Shown piece by piece: positions 27,349 through 32,000 of a stretch of 32,000 nt of DNA; the first letter of the stretch is position 1; each line of letters begins with the position of its first letter. This stretch comes from Alkanindiges illinoisensis DSM 15370 (GTDB lineage: Bacteria > Pseudomonadota > Gammaproteobacteria > Pseudomonadales > Moraxellaceae). A model generated the notes under the pieces. That model did not search any database. It saw only the letters and a program-made list of their open reading frames with translations, and was not told where the DNA came from. Position numbers and translations under genes: made by a program. Location: assembly GCF_000619845.1 (NCBI RefSeq), contig NZ_JHUX01000007.1, positions 60,001-92,000 of the forward strand, written 5' to 3'.

Positions 27349-29586
27349 ATGAATAAAAAGTCATTAGCTACTATTCAAATTGTAGACTTATTTGGTAACC
27401 CTATACCAAAGGCACAATACAATGTAAAAAATCAAAAAACCGGACAACTTATTGCAGAAGGAATAACTAACTCTAAAGGTTGCATTGTTGAGATTAGTCG
27501 AGATAAAGGAACCATTTTAGATGTCTACATAAAAAGTATGTTTAACGGAACAATGGTAAAAATTCAGAGTTTCATATTGTCAAAAGACCGCATGCTGGTA
27601 AAAATTACTAGTCCAAAAGTGCTTCTAGATTTAAACACCGTAACGAATCAGGGTAATAGTGGAAAATATAAGAGAAAGACACACATCGTTAAAAAAGGCG
27701 AAACCTTGACCAGTATAGCTCAGCAAAATCATACAACGGTACGCGCTTTAGAAAGACTCAATAGTATTGACAACCCTGATAAAATTAGCATCGGCCAAAC
27801 TATTAAATTGCCTGTAAATATTCCTGCAAGCGGTAATCATGCACATCATGATAGAACGAAGCAGACAAAACCAGCTAATCCAATAAAACCGAAGCCAGCT
27901 CAATCTCCAGCACCCTCTCCAAAGAACAATAAACAAGCGAAACCTAATTCTGATTCATCTGGTTCAATCTTCGATATTGATATTCACGCAACAAAACAAG
28001 AGCTCGAGAAGAAATATGAAGCAGCTAAACAAACTCTTGAGGAAAAATATGAAGAAGGTAAAAAGGCACTTTTAGATGGAGCTGAGGCTTTAGGAAACAT
28101 TTTTACTACCGATGATCGCAGTGAGGAAGGAGGTACTCCTAAGGCCGAGGCACCCAACTTATGTAAAACCAATCCCCAATGTATTTCTAGCGGTAAAAGT
28201 GAGCTAATACGAGAAATTAATATTCGATTAGCAGGATTTGGCGGGGCTTTACCCACAGATGAGTTCACTGAGCTAACAGCAAAATGCATCAAACAATTTC
28301 AACGTGATTATATGGGGGTAGCTGAAACGGGCAAGATTTGTGGAAGTGTCATCTCTGCTTTAGATGAATTTAACCAGAAATACCCGATTCAAAAGTATAT
28401 GGAATCTATAGCATGCCCTTGTTCAAAGTTTGGCGGCGGTGCTCAATGTAAAGGTTTTGGGGCTAGTAGAAAAAAACAATATAAGATTTTAGGCGTTGAG
28501 GCACCTGGAATGTATAGATCTACAATGTGGATTTTAAAGGCGGCTCATTTTTACTTAGAAAAAGAAAAAGATTTAGGTGTAAAAATTACAGGTATAAGTT
28601 CTGGTTACCGATGTATTGAAAATAATGCAGGGCATAATTCAAATAGACAATCTCGTCAGACAGTGAATCATATGAGTGGTGCTGCTCTTGATGTTCTAAT
28701 TAGTGATAGTACTAAGCTTAATATTGTTAGGGAAAAAATATTTATGAAATATATGAATGCAGCTCCTACAGGAATGAGAGGTGGAAATCGTATATTTTTA
28801 GAATCTAGAGGACAAGGGGCTACAGGTTGGGTACATTTTGATATCTTATGGTATGAGAACTTAAAAGTAGAAGAATTAGCATATTATGGTACGAACGTTG
28901 AAAAAATAGTTAATGGTACTCTGAGCGAGTTTTGTAAAAAAAGTAAAATTACTATTCTTAGTTGTAGTGGAAAAGTACCTAATTCAAATTCTCCAGTAAG
29001 TAATAATAAAAGTATAGTTGAATTAGTAAAAGAACTAGGTAATGCTATTGCCAGCGGCGAAGGAAGTTATGAAGCTTGGAATGCTGGAGCACCAGAAGGG
29101 AAAAAAGTTAAATTTGGTAAAATGAATGATAGGGTTGGAACGATAACCGGTAAGACCATTAATCAATTACTAGATGCTTCAAAAGATTATACTTGGAAGG
29201 ATGAGCGTAGGCGTTTTGCAACTGGAAAATATCAAACAATTCCAAAAACGCTTTCAGCTGCCAAAGCAGCATTAGGATTATCTGGTGGAGAATTATATGA
29301 CAGTGATATGCAAGAGAAGGTTTTTAGAGAATATTTATTGTTGAATAGACCTTCAATTAAAGCTCTTATTGAAAATGGTAGTACTACAGTTGATCAAGCA
29401 ATGACAGATGCTTCAAAAGAATGGGCGTCAATCGCTCTCCCTAAAGGTAAAAAGAATAAATTTGGTAATATATCGGATGGTACTATCGGATATCATCAAT
29501 CAGCTACAAATAAAGCTAATAGCCATTCAACAGCTAAAGTAAGAGCCATTTTTGAAAAAATTAAAGCAATTCATTTAAGTAAATAG
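27349..29586 (+). CDS. T6SS peptidoglycan-degrading effector: N-terminal beta-rich module, LysM, PG_binding_1-like module, M15A-type Zn metallopeptidase, lambda-R/GH104-like lytic transglycosylase (Tse4-like architecture)
   Basis: Starts 33 nt after the vgrG stop and has no signal peptide. LysM is at aa 111-155. The PG-binding helices are at aa 284-342. The M15A signature is SGYRC(418-422), H441-x6-D448 and H496. The C-terminal module has GEGSY (E571), TGKYQTI and WASIALP, resembling phage lambda R SEG / GRYQLL / WASLPG. Confidence 0.8.
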   Translation: MNKKSLATIQIVDLFGNPIPKAQYNVKNQKTGQLIAEGITNSKGCIVEISRDKGTILDVYIKSMFNGTMVKIQSFILSKDRMLVKITSPKVLLDLNTVTNQGNSGKYKRKTHIVKKGETLTSIAQQNHTTVRALERLNSIDNPDKISIGQTIKLPVNIPASGNHAHHDRTKQTKPANPIKPKPAQSPAPSPKNNKQAKPNSDSSGSIFDIDIHATKQELEKKYEAAKQTLEEKYEEGKKALLDGAEALGNIFTTDDRSEEGGTPKAEAPNLCKTNPQCISSGKSELIREINIRLAGFGGALPTDEFTELTAKCIKQFQRDYMGVAETGKICGSVISALDEFNQKYPIQKYMESIACPCSKFGGGAQCKGFGASRKKQYKILGVEAPGMYRSTMWILKAAHFYLEKEKDLGVKITGISSGYRCIENNAGHNSNRQSRQTVNHMSGAALDVLISDSTKLNIVREKIFMKYMNAAPTGMRGGNRIFLESRGQGATGWVHFDILWYENLKVEELAYYGTNVEKIVNGTLSEFCKKSKITILSCSGKVPNSNSPVSNNKSIVELVKELGNAIASGEGSYEAWNAGAPEGKKVKFGKMNDRVGTITGKTINQLLDASKDYTWKDERRRFATGKYQTIPKTLSAAKAALGLSGGELYDSDMQEKVFREYLLLNRPSIKALIENGSTTVDQAMTDASKEWASIALPKGKKNKFGNISDGTIGYHQSATNKANSHSTAKVRAIFEKIKAIHLSK

Positions 29587-29596
29587 GAAATTTTAA

Positions 29597-30526
29597 ATGA
29601 AATTTTTGAAGACAGTAATAATACTTTCTATTAATTTAGTAATATCAAGTTGTGGTTTCTCTAAAGAGAATAATCAAAATCTTGATGTTGAAAACAAAAA
29701 ATTTGTTAATACTTCTATTACACGAGAAGATGTTGCTAAGTGTGAATTCGAACAAGCATATATTAATTTTTGTTCAGATAATTATTTAAAAATTTATAAT
29801 AATTCATTAATCAAAAAAGTAAACTTTGCTCAGAATAAAGTTGCTTTAATAATTGATCAAGAAAGAGATACAGGAAAGGGCGTACCTAGAAAAGTTAAAT
29901 ACTTTGTTGTATTGGATCCTACAACGAAAAAAGTATATCCCTTAGAGCAGTCTGTAGGTTATTTTGTGGATGATAGATTAGAAGAGATCACAACAGAGCC
30001 TCCTATTATTAAATTTAGTCAAAATAATAAAAATGTCTGTTTATCAGGAACAACATTTTCATATAAAGATAATAATATAAATGTTGAGAATGAATGTTAT
30101 ACATTTAATTTAAACAATAAAATTTATTTTAAAAAAATGCAAAAGAAAAAAGATATAAAACATGAACAAGGAGCTTTTCCAATTTTGTTTGAAAATAAAA
30201 ATTTTTTATGTAATGGAATAAAATGTAAGGAAAGTGTTCTTACTAATGATGAACTAAAAGAAATATCAAATAATAATGTAAATAGTGAGCTTCGGTTTCT
30301 TGTAAATGAAAGAGGATTTGATACAACTTATATTAATGCCTCCATTGATAATAGAACTTTATATATTGTTAGATATAGTGAAGGAGATAGTGAGCAAAAT
30401 ACTATATATTTATCTTATTTTTTAAAGGGCTTATTTAAAACAAAGTTGTTAGGTGCTGTTAAGTCGTTTAAAGTAGATGGTAGCCAAAATATATATTTTA
30501 ATGGAAGTAAAGTTACTTTAAATTAA
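29597..30526 (+). CDS. candidate cognate immunity lipoprotein (periplasmic)
   Basis: Starts 10 nt after the effector stop, with an AGGAAA SD. Lipobox VISSCG is present. 309 aa and extremely AT-rich. No family recognised; the assignment is by position only. Confidence 0.55.
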   Translation: MKFLKTVIILSINLVISSCGFSKENNQNLDVENKKFVNTSITREDVAKCEFEQAYINFCSDNYLKIYNNSLIKKVNFAQNKVALIIDQERDTGKGVPRKVKYFVVLDPTTKKVYPLEQSVGYFVDDRLEEITTEPPIIKFSQNNKNVCLSGTTFSYKDNNINVENECYTFNLNNKIYFKKMQKKKDIKHEQGAFPILFENKNFLCNGIKCKESVLTNDELKEISNNNVNSELRFLVNERGFDTTYINASIDNRTLYIVRYSEGDSEQNTIYLSYFLKGLFKTKLLGAVKSFKVDGSQNIYFNGSKVTLN

Positions 30527-30579
30527 GTGAAAGTTCTCAGCTTTTAAAGAAGAAACTTTAATTAATATAAATTATTAAA

Positions 30580-31205
30580 GTGAATTTTTGGTTGATTCTA
30601 GAAATGATAATAAAGTATCAAGTAAATCGCAAAAAAATACAATTGATCCATTCAGTGGTTTCTGTACTTGTATTTCTGGGAAAAAAGAAGAGTAGATTAG
30701 TATTTGGTTATAATACCACTAAATTAGAATCACAGATAGTCGTCCAAGATGGGGGAATATATTCTAAATGAAGAAGCAAATTAAATTTATAATTTTTACT
30801 TATTTAATACAAGTAATGTATTAGATGGGTTCTATAAGGATAGAATTAATAAATTTAATAATTATACTATAGGTTCTTTAAGTCAATATTGTATGGATAA
30901 ATTTGTTGAAGATAAAGAAAGTATAAAAATATAATTTCATCCCAAGAAAGTTAATTTAGATACACTAGCCTTTATAAAAGATATAATAGTGAGTATAAAT
31001 ATTTTAATAGTAAGGAATTTTTTGGAACAGATAGTGGTTTTCCTAATAAATATTTTTTCCAGCTTAATTAAATTACAATTAAAAATAAAGATAAAAATTT
31101 GAAATTGGTAAGTCTGATCTAGAGCAATATTTTTTACCGATAGATGGCTTAGAAGGACAAAGAAATAAGCTTGCTAATGTATTTATTTTTATATCGCAGA
31201 ATTAA
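30580..31205 (+). pseudogene. probable decayed coding remnants (open stretches in frames 1, 2, 1 or 2, and 3, broken by stops or frameshifts)
   Basis: Open stretches are 30580-30771 (63 codons), 30785-30934 (49), 30935-31100 (same frame after one TAA) or 30955-31071 (38), and 31095-31205 (36). These are far longer than expected by chance in ~25-30% GC DNA. No SD/ATG start is intact. Confidence 0.3.
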
Positions 31206-31374
31206 ATTCTAAGATATAAAAGAGAGAAATTTTCCCTCTTTTTCATCTGAATCTCCCTTTTCATTTGCCCATTTTTTGACTAATCTAGTCTCAAAATAAT
31301 CGACATGCATCCATAACGTATCAACTAATAGACGCAGTCGATATAACACAAAAAATTGAGTTGGGGGATAACTC

Positions 31375-32000
31375 ATGTTTTGCAGTGAATGTCGTGCCCA
31401 GAATAATCTGGTGGCGCGCTATTGCGTGGGCTGTGGCAGCGAATTAAAACATTTTCTTATTGATGATGAGCCAGCAATTGTACAGCCATCTATGCCTGCC
31501 TCCTCATTGATGCAGTCTGATATATGCTATAAATCGTTGTCCAGAAAAGAGCAGTATCAGGCAGTCATTGGCAGTAATCAGAATTATTATTTAAAGAAAT
31601 TTCTTGAATTTGATCGGGAAGGCCAGGGGAGGCCAAGCTGGCACTGGCCTGCCTTTTTTGTTACGTTTTACTGGATGCTGTATCGCAAGATGTGGCGTAA
31701 TGCCTTGCTGTATTTTGTATTGCCTTACGTGGCCTTAATTATTGTTGGTATTGCTGCCGGGATTATGGGTAGTGCCGGTGCACCAATTGCCGGGCTGTTA
31801 TATCTGGCACTCATGGTAGGTTTGTGGTTTGTACCACCATTATATGCTGATGCGTTGTACTATAATCACTGTCGGCAGGTCATTGCCAACGCTAGGCAGC
31901 ATACCAGCCATCCGCATCGTTTATACGGCATATTAAGTACCCGAGGCGGCACCAGTAATCTGTTTATCATTATTATTGTTTTTATTTCTTTTGTGGTGAT
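31375..32000 (+). CDS. zinc-ribbon plus DUF2628-like membrane protein (3' end outside the window)
   Basis: GGGGGA SD precedes ATG 31375. N-terminal CSECRAQN..YCVGCG zinc ribbon. ...WHWPAFFVTFYWMLYRKMW... is typical of DUF2628. Frame is open to the window end and is not in the supplied ORF track because it lacks a stop. Confidence 0.65.
   Translation, partial: MFCSECRAQNNLVARYCVGCGSELKHFLIDDEPAIVQPSMPASSLMQSDICYKSLSRKEQYQAVIGSNQNYYLKKFLEFDREGQGRPSWHWPAFFVTFYWMLYRKMWRNALLYFVLPYVALIIVGIAAGIMGSAGAPIAGLLYLALMVGLWFVPPLYADALYYNHCRQVIANARQHTSHPHRLYGILSTRGGTSNLFIIIIVFISFVV

Larger units (their letters stand above)
27060..31330. other. low-GC cargo block (vgrG 3' tail, effector, immunity candidate, decayed remnants)
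   Basis: Hand counts of single 60-nt lines. Inside or adjacent to the block: 26881 = 50%, 27061 = 30%, 27241 = 28%, 28021 = 35%, 29641 = 25%, 31261 = 33%. Reference lines: 31381 = 58% and vgrG core line 25441 = 55%. Confidence 0.7.

Noticed and set aside
30580-30771. 63-aa ORF as a genuine small gene
   Set aside because: It has a GTG start without an SD. It is flanked by other broken open stretches in shifted frames, so it is better explained as part of a decayed gene (reported as pseudogene remnants).

Overview
The window looks like a chromosomal segment from an Acinetobacter-like gammaproteobacterium (Moraxellaceae), judged from the ParC, ComM and VgrG sequences and from gene order. About 24 kb is housekeeping core, with hand-counted single lines at roughly 50-58% GC. 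The core genes are parC, fadD, a MAPEG protein, ppa, two TorF-family putative porins, comM, ubiK, glnK-amtB, nrdR-ribD, a D12-class adenine methyltransferase, ribE, holC-pepA divergent from lptF-lptG, and an alpha/beta hydrolase. The accessory part is a type VI secretion cargo island (24037-31330). It holds a 1092-aa VgrG spike, a 745-aa multi-domain peptidoglycan-degrading effector, a 309-aa very AT-rich lipoprotein (candidate immunity protein), and about 0.6 kb of apparently decayed coding remnants. The effector combines LysM, a PG-binding module, an M15A-type metallopeptidase and a lambda-R/GH104-like lytic transglycosylase. GC content drops sharply inside the last ~84 codons of vgrG (about nt 27060) and recovers near 31330, so the spike tail, effector and immunity gene look like one swapped cassette. 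I did not recognise any tRNA, rRNA, CRISPR array, IS element or integrase. Smaller observations include two intergenic TTGGCACG-N4-TTG (sigma-54-like) motifs before a porin and before glnK. There is also an in-frame TGA between a well-placed SD/ATG and the first ORF, an SD-sequestering hairpin, a Gln/Glu/Arg-rich low-complexity protein, and a low-GC lipoprotein islet. All functional calls come from reading the translations and from motif memory; no database search was possible.
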